DNA of 64,000 bases. It comes from Nanobdellota archaeon. GTDB lineage: Archaea; Nanobdellota; Nanobdellia; Woesearchaeales; JBHPFW01. Under the pieces are notes generated by a model that was given only the letters and a program-made list of their open reading frames with translations, was not told the DNA's origin and searched no databases. The translations under genes and the position numbers were made by a program. The first letter of the stretch is position 1, and the number at the start of each line of letters is the position of its first letter. Below, piece by piece: positions 1 to 9,659 of this stretch. The stretch covers positions 25,589-89,588 of the forward strand of contig JBHPFW010000001.1 in assembly GCA_042571645.1 (NCBI GenBank). Reading direction: 5' to 3'.

Positions 1-1
1 T

Positions 2-940
2 GCGTTTGAACAATTAAAGCAGCTTGGTGCAAAAATAAATGCTGATGTTTTTGGAGATCCAGAAATTAAAGATCCAGTTGAAATTTACAAGAAATTTGAA
101 GAGAATATAAATAAATATGATATTGTCATTATTGATACTGCTGGTAGAGATTCATTAAATGATGAATTAATTGAAGAACTAAAGAAAATTAACAATGCTG
201 TTTCTGCTGATGAACGTTTACTAGTAATGGCTGCTGATGTCGGTCAAGCAGCACTTGATCAAGCTAAAACATTCCATGAAACAACTGATGTAACTGGAGT
301 GATCATGACTAGATTAGATGGTACTGCTAAAGGTGGAGGAGCATTGGCTGCGTGTTCTGCTACTGGAGCAAAAGTCAAATTTGTTGGTGTAGGAGAAAAG
401 ATTGATGATTTAGAATATTTTGATCCTGAAGGATTTGTTGGCAGACTTTTGGGAATGGGCGACATAAAAGCTTTAATGGAAAAAGCCAAAGAAGCCATCA
501 CAGAAGAAGAAGCTCAGGATTTAGGAAAGAAATTCTTGAAAGGAGAATTTAATCTTCTTGATATGTACGAGCAGATGCAAGCTGTCAAGAAAATGGGGCC
601 ATTGTCAAAGGTATTAGAGATGATACCTGGCATGGGTCAAATGAAGATCCCTAAAGAATTAGTTAATGTTCAGGAAGGCAAGTTAAAGAAATGGAAGTTT
701 GCAATGGATTCCTGCACAAAAGAAGAACTTGAAGATCCAGACATAATGACTCAGGAAAGAATTTCAAGAATTGCACAAGGTTCTGGAACTTCTAACAGTG
801 AGTTCAGAGAACTCCTCAAACAATACAAGCAGGGCAAAAAAATGATGAAAATGTTAAAGGGCTCTGGAGGAGGAGACATGAAAAAGATGCAGAAGATGAT
901 GTCCAAAATGCAGAAAGGCGGGGCCGGGATGAAGTTTTAA
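2..940 (+). CDS. srp54: Signal recognition particle protein SRP54, 5' end cut by window edge
   Basis: Frame 2 is open from base 2. Contains IIDTAGR and DGTAKGGGALA G-domain motifs, then a Met-rich M-domain tail (GMGQMKIP, MKKMQKMMSKMQKGG). Stop TAA at 938-940. Confidence 0.9.
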   Translation, partial: AFEQLKQLGAKINADVFGDPEIKDPVEIYKKFEENINKYDIVIIDTAGRDSLNDELIEELKKINNAVSADERLLVMAADVGQAALDQAKTFHETTDVTGVIMTRLDGTAKGGGALAACSATGAKVKFVGVGEKIDDLEYFDPEGFVGRLLGMGDIKALMEKAKEAITEEEAQDLGKKFLKGEFNLLDMYEQMQAVKKMGPLSKVLEMIPGMGQMKIPKELVNVQEGKLKKWKFAMDSCTKEELEDPDIMTQERISRIAQGSGTSNSEFRELLKQYKQGKKMMKMLKGSGGGDMKKMQKMMSKMQKGGAGMKF

Positions 941-965
941 TTCTTAAAACCATCATCATTAATAA

Positions 966-1068
966 GTTCACCAGCGCCCAGAGTGCTAAGCATTTTCTGA
1001 ATAGTTTTGCATCCCAATCATGATTGCGAGATACGATTAGATCATGGTTGGCACTCGCCCTGGTGAAC
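966..1068. ncRNA. GC-enriched 103-nt imperfect long hairpin between convergent genes; candidate small structured RNA or bidirectional terminator
   Basis: GTTCACCAG (966-974) pairs with CTGGTGAAC (1060-1068). GAGTGC pairs with GCACTC. Inner CCAATCATGAT pairs with ATCATGGTTGG. Locally much more GC-rich than the flanks. No C/D, H/ACA or tRNA signature recognised. Confidence 0.3.
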
Positions 1069-1095
1069 TTAACATAGAAACTTAATACGGCATTC

Positions 1096-1635
1096 TCAAA
1101 CAAAAACACTGATAATAACACCAGCTAAGAATCCAACAAGAACTCCTAATACAAAATCAACTACACCATAGTTCATCCATTCATGAGCAGAGATTAGTTT
1201 TCCTTTAGATCTTATTTTTTCAAGCTCAGCTATTCTTTCTTCAATTGCCTTTTTTATCTTGTCTCTGTTTTTTAGATCTTTTACATCAACTGCCAGGACA
1301 ATATCTTCAACAGAATGTTCTATCCATTTTGCAAAATCATTTTTGTGCTCATTAATATGATGCTCAAAACTGTCTTTTGACATAACATCTAAAGCCTCAA
1401 TCAATTGGTGAAGACTGCCAATAGAAGCACCCATATGAACATTAAAATGCCTTGACTTCTTTACATTACCAAGTAGGTCCGCTGCCTTATCAGGAGTTAA
1501 ATCAGAAACCTCAGCTAATTCCACAAAACCACCTCTTTTTAAATAATTAAATGAGTCATTATTTATATTGTTTTTGGATTTATGTATTTCGCATTTCGCA
1601 CTAAAATCTGCCAATATATTTAAAAATAAAGGCAT
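1096..1635 (-). CDS. Hypothetical protein with C-terminal transmembrane anchor
   Basis: 179-aa ORF with ATG start and a hydrophobic C-terminus (VVDFVLGVLVGFLAGVIISVFV). No family recognised. Confidence 0.6.
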   Translation of the reverse strand: MPLFLNILADFSAKCEIHKSKNNINNDSFNYLKRGGFVELAEVSDLTPDKAADLLGNVKKSRHFNVHMGASIGSLHQLIEALDVMSKDSFEHHINEHKNDFAKWIEHSVEDIVLAVDVKDLKNRDKIKKAIEERIAELEKIRSKGKLISAHEWMNYGVVDFVLGVLVGFLAGVIISVFV

Positions 1636-1669
1636 TTTTGGAAAATCTACTATATATGGGGGTTTTTAG

Positions 1670-2623
1670 ATGAGTGAAGATAAAGTTTACGATGTTATTG
1701 TAATCGGTGCAGGTGCTGCAGGAATGACCTCAGCCATATATACCTGCAGAAAAGAACTCTCCACATTAATAATTGCACCAGAAGTTGGCGGCCAGACAAA
1801 TCTTACAAGCCATATTGAGAATTATCCTGGTTTTGAAGAAGCATTGGCTGGCTGGGATTTAATGAGCAAATTCAGAAAACAAGCTGAAAGATTTGGAGCA
1901 GAATTTATTACAGGAAAAGTAACAAAAGTTGAAAAAATAGCAGAGCATGATTTCAAAGTTTCTACAGAAGATGGAAAATCATTAAAATCAAAATCAATAA
2001 TGGTTGCTGCAGGAAAAGTCCCAAGAAAACTTGGCGTGCCTGGAGAAGATGATTTCTATGGCAAAGGTGTTTCTGTCTGCGTGACATGCGATGCACCTTT
2101 TTACAAAGAAAAGATTGCTGCTGTTGTAGGCGGTGGAAATTCTGCTGTTGAAGGCGCATTAGAATTATCAAATATCGCAACTAAAGTTTATTTGATTCAC
2201 AGAAGAGAAGAATTCCGAGCAGATGAAATTAGTATAGATAAAATAAAAGCAAATGAAAAAATCGAACTTCTCACAAACTCAGAAGTCAAGGAAATCAAAG
2301 GAGAACAATTTGTTAAGAGCATTAAGGTTATGAATAACAAAGATAATTCAGAAAAAGAAATTGAAGTTGATGGCGTATTCACAGAAATTGGGTATATAGC
2401 AGATACTTCATTTGTCGAAGGTGTTGTAGATCTTAATGAAAGAAAAGAAATAACTATTGATTCAAATAACAGAACATCACAATCAGGAATATTTGCAGCA
2501 GGAGACATAACAAACGTACCCTATAAACAAACAGTAATCTCTGCAGGTGAAGGTGCAAAAGCTGCATTGGAATGTTACAAATATGTTACAGGTCATGATT
2601 TAGGAGATTCAGTTAGTAAATAA
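1670..2623 (+). CDS. trxB: Thioredoxin-disulfide reductase
   Basis: FAD GxGxxG (VIGAGAAGMTSA), redox CVTC motif in VCVTCDAPFY, second dinucleotide motif GGGNSAVEGA, C-terminal AAGD. SD-like GGGGG upstream. Confidence 0.9.
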   Translation: MSEDKVYDVIVIGAGAAGMTSAIYTCRKELSTLIIAPEVGGQTNLTSHIENYPGFEEALAGWDLMSKFRKQAERFGAEFITGKVTKVEKIAEHDFKVSTEDGKSLKSKSIMVAAGKVPRKLGVPGEDDFYGKGVSVCVTCDAPFYKEKIAAVVGGGNSAVEGALELSNIATKVYLIHRREEFRADEISIDKIKANEKIELLTNSEVKEIKGEQFVKSIKVMNNKDNSEKEIEVDGVFTEIGYIADTSFVEGVVDLNERKEITIDSNNRTSQSGIFAAGDITNVPYKQTVISAGEGAKAALECYKYVTGHDLGDSVSK

Positions 2624-2640
2624 ATCAGGGGGGATATATT

Positions 2641-3576
2641 ATGAAAAAAATAAGTGTTATTGGTGCAGGATATGTTGGTTCAACAACAGCATTGAAACTT
2701 GCACAAGATAATCTTGGAGATATTGTGCTTGTAGATAGGGAAGAAGGCCGACCAAAAGGTTTAGCCTTGGATATTATGCAGTCATTGCCATTAGTTGGAA
2801 GTTCATCAAAGGTTACAGGAACAGCAGATCCAAAAGACATCAAAGGTTCTGATATTGTAATAATTACAGCTGGAAAGCCAAGAACACCTGGAATGACCAG
2901 AGAAGACTTGATGAGAGATAATGCAAATATTGTTAAGAGTATTGCAACATATGTCAAGGAACAAGCTCCAGACTGTATTTTAATTGTGGTTACAAATCCT
3001 TTGGACATTATGACTTATCTTGCTAAGCAAATTACTGGCTTTCCTAAGGAAAGAGTTGTTGGAATGGCAGGCATACTTGACTCAACAAGATTCAGGGCAT
3101 TTATTGGAATGGAACTCAACACAACAGTGCATGAAGTCTCTGCTTTAGTTCTTGGAAGCCATGGTGACTCAATGGTGCCAGTACCTGAGTGCTCTACAGT
3201 TTCAGGAATCCCTATAACCAAGCTAATGGACAAAGAAGCTATTGATAGATTATCTGAAAGAACAAGAAAAGGCGGCGGAGAGATTGTGGGATTGCTAAAA
3301 ACAGGTTCTGCTTATTATGCTCCTGCTGCATGTATTGCAGAAATGGTCAGAGCTATTGTTAATGATGAAAAGAAAATCCTGCCTTGCTCAGCACTTCTTG
3401 AAGGAGAATATGATGGCAAAGAGGTCTATATTGGTGTACCAGTAAGACTTGGATCTAAAGGTATGGAAAAGATTGAAGTCATAGACTTTGAATCAGAAAC
3501 CAAAGAATCCTTAGCCAAAACCATAGAAGCAGCCAAGAAGAACATAGAAACTCTGAAGGGTTTGGTTGAGTTTTAG
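2641..3576 (+). CDS. mdh: Malate dehydrogenase (LDH-like, NAD-dependent)
   Basis: N-terminal ISVIGAGYVGSTTA, GKPRTPGMTREDL substrate loop, VTNPLD, GSHGDSMVP. Confidence 0.9.
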   Translation: MKKISVIGAGYVGSTTALKLAQDNLGDIVLVDREEGRPKGLALDIMQSLPLVGSSSKVTGTADPKDIKGSDIVIITAGKPRTPGMTREDLMRDNANIVKSIATYVKEQAPDCILIVVTNPLDIMTYLAKQITGFPKERVVGMAGILDSTRFRAFIGMELNTTVHEVSALVLGSHGDSMVPVPECSTVSGIPITKLMDKEAIDRLSERTRKGGGEIVGLLKTGSAYYAPAACIAEMVRAIVNDEKKILPCSALLEGEYDGKEVYIGVPVRLGSKGMEKIEVIDFESETKESLAKTIEAAKKNIETLKGLVEF

Positions 3577-3682
3577 GATTTTTTAGTTAATTCTTTTAAT
3601 CTTTTTTCTAATTTTTATGATAGTTCTTAGTCATCTATTACACAAACTTTTTAAATTACATAACCTGATTTCATTAAATAAA

Positions 3683-4903
3683 ATGGAACATCCAGAATCT
3701 CCAAAACCTATAACTCCAATGCCTGACAAGTCCAGAAGCAGGATTAAGCATATTGTTATGGGGGTAGTTATTCTAATTATAATAATTGGTTTTGTTAATG
3801 TTGTGAATAATAATGTAAGATTCGCATTCTTAGATGAAGAACCTCCAGAAATTCCTGATGAGCCTGAGCCTATTCCAGAAATGCCTATAGAAGAACCAGA
3901 ACCGCAACCTCAGCCATTATCTTATGCTTTAACTCAAACATTTGAATCAGTTAATCATGCAAGAGCTGCCTTGGCAGTTGACATAGATAATGATGGCTTC
4001 ATAGATATAGTAGCTGGAAATGATGGACAGAATTATCTGATAAAAAATGAAGCTGGCGCACAATTTGCAGAGCAAGAGCAATTTGGCAACAGCCATACAC
4101 ATGCTGTAGCTGTTTTAGACTTTGATAATGATAATGATTTAGATGTAATATTTGGAAATTACGGCCAAAACAAACTTTTTGTGAATAATGGTGATGGTAG
4201 TTTTACAGAAAAAGATGAGTTTGGCAATAAATACAGAAATACAGAAGCACTTGAAATTACAGATATTGATGGCGATGATAAAGATGACGTAATTGTGGGT
4301 AATTACAATCAGGAGAATGAAATATATCTAAACAATGGAGATGGTACTTTCACAAAAGACCTAAAGCTTGGTGATTCATACACAAAAGACATTATTGCTG
4401 AGGATTTTGATGGTGATGGCAAGAAAGATATACTTGTTATAAATTATAACCAACAATGTTATTTATTTATCAATCTTGGATCTGGAAATTTTGATCAAAA
4501 AGAAGTGTTTGACATTGGCTATTCAAATGCAGCAGCAGCAACAGACTTTGATAATGATGGAGATGTTGATGTTGTGCTTGGGAATTATAACCAACCAACA
4601 TATCTATACCTAAACGACGGAAAAGGAAACTTCATAAAATCAACAGAACTGATAAATGGTTATATTCATGATATTGAAGCTTCAGATATAAATAAAGATG
4701 GCAAAACAGACATAATTGCTGGACTTTATGAACAAGAAACTTCTATCCTGATTAATAATGGAGATAACACATTTAGTTCTAAGATGCAGTTGCCTAAACT
4801 TTACATACATGATATTTATATTGGAAATATTGATACTGATTCTGGTGATGAAATTCTTATTAGCGCAGATACCAACACGCTAATGCTTTTCAATAATCCC
4901 TAA
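3683..4903 (+). CDS. Membrane-anchored FG-GAP/VCBS repeat (beta-propeller) protein
   Basis: N-terminal TM (VMGVVILIIIIGFV), a PEP-rich linker, then about 7 repeats of the D-x-D-x-DG-x-x-D-(I/V)(I/V)-x-G-N type. The ORF track starts at 3617; the ATG at 3683 is more plausible. Confidence 0.8.
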   Translation: MEHPESPKPITPMPDKSRSRIKHIVMGVVILIIIIGFVNVVNNNVRFAFLDEEPPEIPDEPEPIPEMPIEEPEPQPQPLSYALTQTFESVNHARAALAVDIDNDGFIDIVAGNDGQNYLIKNEAGAQFAEQEQFGNSHTHAVAVLDFDNDNDLDVIFGNYGQNKLFVNNGDGSFTEKDEFGNKYRNTEALEITDIDGDDKDDVIVGNYNQENEIYLNNGDGTFTKDLKLGDSYTKDIIAEDFDGDGKKDILVINYNQQCYLFINLGSGNFDQKEVFDIGYSNAAAATDFDNDGDVDVVLGNYNQPTYLYLNDGKGNFIKSTELINGYIHDIEASDINKDGKTDIIAGLYEQETSILINNGDNTFSSKMQLPKLYIHDIYIGNIDTDSGDEILISADTNTLMLFNNP

Positions 4904-4922
4904 AAAAGCGGAGGAAAATAAA

Positions 4923-5240
4923 ATGGTTAAGGAACTAACTGAAGAAACTTATGAAGATGCTCTAGGTGAAGAACTCCCTATATTAATAGATTTCTGGGCT
5001 CCTTGGTGCGGTCCATGTAATATGCTGACTCCTGTTATTGAAGAACTATCAGAAGAATACCAGGGAAAACTCAATTTCTATAAAGTAAATACTCAAGACA
5101 ATCAAACTTTAGCAGAAAAGAATGGCATAAGAGGCATTCCCTGCTTAGTAATATTCAAAGAAAACAAAGAAATTGGCAGAATTGTTGGTGCATTGCCAAA
5201 GGAATCTTTGAAAACTAAGATTGACGAGATTCTGGGTTAA
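4923..5240 (+). CDS. trxA: Thioredoxin
   Basis: 105 aa, canonical WCGPC active site, SD GGAGG upstream. Confidence 0.9.
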   Translation: MVKELTEETYEDALGEELPILIDFWAPWCGPCNMLTPVIEELSEEYQGKLNFYKVNTQDNQTLAEKNGIRGIPCLVIFKENKEIGRIVGALPKESLKTKIDEILG

Positions 5241-5261
5241 ATATTAAATTTTTAGAAATTC

Positions 5262-6578
5262 TTATGCAGCCTGATTGTCTCTATAAATCAAATTAAAAGG
5301 CACAACTGGTTTTTCTATCACTGTTCCTCGGTCAATAGGATTATTTTTATCCTTAGGAATAACTACCATGAAATATGGTTTTTCTCCAAAATAACTTGTG
5401 GCAAACGTCTGTCCGCCTAAGTTTTCAGTTATTCTTTGAACACCATACAACCCCATTCCGGAAGACATTGCTAATCTTTCATCAGCAAATCCGCTTAAGC
5501 CCTGAACAAAACATAAATTAGAAATATCTCCACCAGTTATTTTGTGTAAATACAGTGGATTTTCTTGATATTTCAGAAGTTTGTCTTTTAATTCATCAGA
5601 AATTCCTCTTAATTTTTTGCCTTTTTTTAACCATTCTCCTGCTTTTTTCAGCATTTGATCTATTGATATTCCTGCCGCATTATCTCCAACAGCCATATAA
5701 TAACCATCTGCTAATTCCCTTAATTCAATTGAAATTTGCGGTGTGTAATGTTCTGCTCTTCCAGAAGCTATATCCTTCTCAATCTTCTTTACCGCATTGT
5801 TTACAAAATTAGATAATACCCCAAAAAACATTCCTTCAGAACCTTTAGGCATTGAAGTAATTTGATTGTCGAGAATTATTTTTTCTGTTTCTAAAATGTC
5901 TTCTGGTCCGACAATTGGAAATAACCTTCCCCCACAAAGAAATCTTAACTGACCAGCTGATGCAACATCATTTCCTAATTGATACATATCAACCTCATCC
6001 AATAATAATCCGTCTACATGATATTCTACTATTAAGCTTTCAACAGCTGTTTTGGCAGGATAACTTAAGATCCTAGCTATTTGTTCTGTATCATTCAGTT
6101 TGTTTAATAAAGATTCTGTGGTTTCATTAAGTTCATGCTGATAAATGTTCAACAGAACATTAGCAATAGGTATGAGTATATGACCAATATCATGACCAAT
6201 ATCATACCTTTGCTCAAAATCGCCAAATAAAGGATTACTCATTGCCTTAAGCATAGTGGGACTATCTTCATCTTCTTCTCGAATATACATATGAGTATCA
6301 AAAAGTGGCTGCAAAGCAACCATACGCAAATAGTCACTAATCCCAGGACAACTATCATTGAAATGATTATTATAAATATTATAATAAAGATGATCTCTTA
6401 GTTCTAAAATGAACTTTTCTGTATCTTTTAATTCACCTGCCTTCCTTTTTTTCAATAGATCCATAACTGCTTCAACATTTAAACCCTGATAACCTTCAAG
6501 TTTTGGCACATAGTTCTGGATATAAGAATAAGCTGACCTGATTACTCGCTGAGCTCTCTCTATAGATAAATCTGTCAT
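5262..6578 (-). CDS. Soluble GHKL/histidine-kinase-like ATPase (atypical, no TM, no recognised sensor domain)
   Basis: H-box-like DIGHDIGHILIPI, N-box-like NFVNNAVKK, G1-like VGDNAAGI, G2-like SSGMGLYGVQRITENLGGQ. Confidence 0.6.
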   Translation of the reverse strand: MTDLSIERAQRVIRSAYSYIQNYVPKLEGYQGLNVEAVMDLLKKRKAGELKDTEKFILELRDHLYYNIYNNHFNDSCPGISDYLRMVALQPLFDTHMYIREEDEDSPTMLKAMSNPLFGDFEQRYDIGHDIGHILIPIANVLLNIYQHELNETTESLLNKLNDTEQIARILSYPAKTAVESLIVEYHVDGLLLDEVDMYQLGNDVASAGQLRFLCGGRLFPIVGPEDILETEKIILDNQITSMPKGSEGMFFGVLSNFVNNAVKKIEKDIASGRAEHYTPQISIELRELADGYYMAVGDNAAGISIDQMLKKAGEWLKKGKKLRGISDELKDKLLKYQENPLYLHKITGGDISNLCFVQGLSGFADERLAMSSGMGLYGVQRITENLGGQTFATSYFGEKPYFMVVIPKDKNNPIDRGTVIEKPVVPFNLIYRDNQAA

Positions 6579-6644
6579 AATTTGATAGGTGATTTAGAGT
6601 AGCTATATAAATATTTCGGTATTTTTACTACTTTTAAGTCAGAA

Positions 6645-7904
6645 TTAACGCAGAAATTCTTTAATAAACTGGTCTCTCTCAAGAATGCCAAAACTTCCTT
6701 TCTCAGCATTTTTTTCACTAAATTCGGATAAGCCATCCCCCTCTTTACCTGGCCTATAAATCATAAACGGTACAGGCTCTCTTGTATGAGTTTTAACAGT
6801 TATTGGAGTAAAATGATCTGGAAGTACTGCCATAGAAACATTATCTTTTAGATTACCCTCTGTCTCAATCTTTTCTAGTACTCTACCAATAAGGCGTTTA
6901 TCAAAATCCTCAATTGTCTTTTTCTTCAGCTCTGCATCCCCTTCGTGCCCTGCTTCATCAGGAGCTTCAACATGAACATAAACAAAATCATGATCAGCCA
7001 GAGCATTAACACAAGCATCTGCTTTTCCCTCATAATTTGTATCATACAAACCTGTAGCTCCTTCAACATTTATCACATCTAAACCCGCATAAACACTCAT
7101 GCCTTTAACTAAATCAACAGCAGAAATAATTGCTCCTTTCATACCAAATTTCTTTTCAAATAATTCCATTTTTGGCTTTTTTCCTGGAGACCAAGGCCAT
7201 ATTGAATTTGCAGGATCTTTTCCCTCAGAAATTCTTTTCTTATTCACAGGATGATTATTGAGAATTTCATGGGATTTTTTTATTAATTCATTAAGAACAT
7301 TTGAGGTTTGAACACTGTTCTCATCATTATCATTTTCTGGCTTAATAAGTAATTCATTAATATCTTCGCCGAGAAAATCATGAGGTGGGTGGCAAATTAT
7401 TTTTGAGGAAAACTCCTTTTCACAGTCTTTATCTTTTTCACCATCTTTATTATTCTTCAAAACCAATAAATGTCTGTAACTCAAACCATTATAAAACTCT
7501 ATTCTATCGTTACCTAAATGTTCATCCAAATCTTCAATCAGAACTTTGGCTTCCTCATCAGAAATATGACCTGCAGAATGATTTTTTATTTTTCCATCGA
7601 TAACACATATGAGATTGCATCTCAATGCAACATCATTTTTATCAAGTTCAACACCCATACTAGCTGCTTCTAAAACACCTCTGCCTTGAAAACATTCTCT
7701 TGGATCATAACCCAAAACAGTTAAATTAGCCACAGCAGATCCCGTAGGCATTCCTTTTGGCAAAGTAATCAACCTGCCAAGCTTGGAATTCTTAACTAAC
7801 TCATTCATATTTGGTGTATCAGATGCTTCTAATGGTGTTTTTTTGCCTAAAGAATCAATAGGATAATCAGCCATTCCATCCCCGAGAAATATTAGGTATT
7901 TCAC
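6645..7904 (-). CDS. apgM: 2,3-bisphosphoglycerate-independent phosphoglycerate mutase, archaeal type
   Basis: KYLIFLGDGMADYP N-terminus, YVHVEAPDEAGHEGD, LPDHFTP. The ORF track extends to a TTG at 7922 that overlaps thrC. A GTG at 7904 gives the typical MKYLIFLGDG start. Confidence 0.85.
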   Translation of the reverse strand: MKYLIFLGDGMADYPIDSLGKKTPLEASDTPNMNELVKNSKLGRLITLPKGMPTGSAVANLTVLGYDPRECFQGRGVLEAASMGVELDKNDVALRCNLICVIDGKIKNHSAGHISDEEAKVLIEDLDEHLGNDRIEFYNGLSYRHLLVLKNNKDGEKDKDCEKEFSSKIICHPPHDFLGEDINELLIKPENDNDENSVQTSNVLNELIKKSHEILNNHPVNKKRISEGKDPANSIWPWSPGKKPKMELFEKKFGMKGAIISAVDLVKGMSVYAGLDVINVEGATGLYDTNYEGKADACVNALADHDFVYVHVEAPDEAGHEGDAELKKKTIEDFDKRLIGRVLEKIETEGNLKDNVSMAVLPDHFTPITVKTHTREPVPFMIYRPGKEGDGLSEFSEKNAEKGSFGILERDQFIKEFLR

Positions 7905-7911
7905 TTTGAAT

Positions 7912-9189
7912 CTACATGCCAAGAACTTTTTTTACATCTTCCAAATTTGGCTTAACCTTAATAGGTGCATTTGCATACTTGCTTTCTATTCCTTCAAGTT
8001 TGCCCTGGTGATAATTAACAACAACATCTGGATCTTTTAGTATATTCCCTGTCAGTATTCCAACAACACTTTCTGATTTATCTATGACTCCTGCCTCAAC
8101 TAACTTCTTCACACCAGCTACTGTTGCACAGCTCGCTGGCTCTGCACCAATTCCTGAGCTATCAACTATTGCTTTTGCATCCATTATTTCCTGTTCTGTT
8201 ACATCTTCAACAATGCCTTTGCTCCATTTTATTCCTGCTACTGATTTTTTCCAGTTTACTGGATTACCTATTTTAATAGCTGTAGCCAAAGTATCAGGAT
8301 CTTTTAGTGGTTCAAAATCTTTTCCAGTAGACCACATCCTATAAAATGGATTTGCACCATGAGCTTGTATTACACCAATTTTGGGGATTTTATCTATTAT
8401 GCCTAATTGCTCAAGATCTTTAAGGCCGTTAGCTATTGCAGTATTATTTCCAAGATTGCCTCCTGGCAAAACAATCCAATCTGGCACTTTCCATTCCTGT
8501 TGTTGTATCAACTCATATAATATTGCTTTTTGACCTTGTGTTCTGAATGGATTTATTGAATTAAGCAGATAAATATCTGGTTTATCACAGACTTCCTGTA
8601 CTAATTTCATTGCATCATCAAAATTTCCCTCAATCTGCAATGTTTTTGCTCCATAAGCTAATGCCTGAGATAATTTTCCATAAGCTATTTTTCCCTCTGG
8701 TATAAAAACAATGCTTTTCTTGCCACAGCTCGCAGCATAAGATGCCATACTGGCAGAGGTATTTCCAGTTGAAGCGCAAGCAACAGTATTTGCACCTAAA
8801 TAATTTGCATGTGTCATGCCTGCAGTCATACCTCTGTCTTTAAAACTGCCAGTGGGGTTTTCCCCTTCATGCTTTAAGCAAATATTTGGAATCCCTGCAA
8901 ATTTTGATATTTTCTCACTGCAGTAAAGATTGGTATTGCCTTCTATTCTTGAAACAATATGTTTATCAGGAACATCAAGAATTAACTCCTTATATCTCCA
9001 CACTCCAGAGCTATAAGGGAATCTCTTAGCACCATATCTTTTGTCAAACTCTTGTTTTAGATTGAGTTCTTTTAAAGCCTCAATATCCAGTACTACTTCC
9101 AGAAGATCTCCACAATCACATCTATACCTAACTTCATCTATACCATATTCCTTTTTGCATTCTATGCATCTAAGCACTGTTTTTGCCAT
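7912..9189 (-). CDS. thrC: Threonine synthase with N-terminal zinc ribbon
   Basis: CIECKK...CDCG zinc ribbon, PLP-lysine motif GSFKDRG, GNTSASMA, GNLGN. Confidence 0.9.
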   Translation of the reverse strand: MAKTVLRCIECKKEYGIDEVRYRCDCGDLLEVVLDIEALKELNLKQEFDKRYGAKRFPYSSGVWRYKELILDVPDKHIVSRIEGNTNLYCSEKISKFAGIPNICLKHEGENPTGSFKDRGMTAGMTHANYLGANTVACASTGNTSASMASYAASCGKKSIVFIPEGKIAYGKLSQALAYGAKTLQIEGNFDDAMKLVQEVCDKPDIYLLNSINPFRTQGQKAILYELIQQQEWKVPDWIVLPGGNLGNNTAIANGLKDLEQLGIIDKIPKIGVIQAHGANPFYRMWSTGKDFEPLKDPDTLATAIKIGNPVNWKKSVAGIKWSKGIVEDVTEQEIMDAKAIVDSSGIGAEPASCATVAGVKKLVEAGVIDKSESVVGILTGNILKDPDVVVNYHQGKLEGIESKYANAPIKVKPNLEDVKKVLGM

Positions 9190-9249
9190 AAGAAGTACTG
9201 ATTTAGTATGGCTTTTTATATTTTATGGGGTTAGTTCAATAATCATAAA

Positions 9250-9270
9250 GGGCTTACCAAAGGCAAGCCC
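9250..9270. repeat. GC-rich hairpin, partial copy of the intergenic repeat family (copy a)
   Basis: GGGCTTACC-AAA-GGCAAGCCC, preceded by ATAAAG as in copy b. Confidence 0.6.
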
Positions 9271-9317
9271 TCACCTTCTTTTTGTTTTTGGGCTTCGGAG
9301 GTATAAAAGAGTATAAA

Positions 9318-9465
9318 GGGCTTACCAAACAATAGGTAAGCCCATCTCGGTCTTTGGGTGTATTACAAGGGGTAGTTTATGACTGAGAAAACTCAATCAA
9401 CAACTTCACAAAAGCCATGATAGCCAGTTAGTAGTTAATAATTACTGATGAAACATAGCTTTTTT
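9318..9465. repeat. Intergenic repeat, copy b (hairpin plus about 120-nt tail)
   Basis: GGGCTTACC-N8-GGTAAGCCC, then GGTCTTTGGGTG..TAT.TAC, ending in GTAGTTAATAATTA. Parallels 11337-11480. Confidence 0.55.
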
Positions 9466-9659
9466 TTGATTCCAAAAAGAAGAAATTGCTGTTAAATTGT
9501 TCCAGACTGTTTTTCAGAATTCTTCTTTGGAAAATAAGACCTTTCTGTGATTATTGGTTGATTCGAAGGCCAAATAGGGCTCTGAATATCAAAAGAAAGT
9601 CAAATAGAAATTTTCAGAATTCAATAGAACATACAAAAGAAATATTAAAAAAATTTAAT

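Noticed and set aside
816-1121. 101-aa minus-strand ORF spanning the srp54 3' end and the hairpin
   Set aside because: It overlaps the conserved SRP54 M-domain in antisense and runs through the structured intergenic hairpin, so it is most likely spurious.
9318-9465. SRP Alu-domain-like CCCCTTGTAATAC on the minus strand of repeat copy b
   Set aside because: The UGUAA-like string is absent from the paralogous copy c (11337-11480), and no other SRP RNA features are present.
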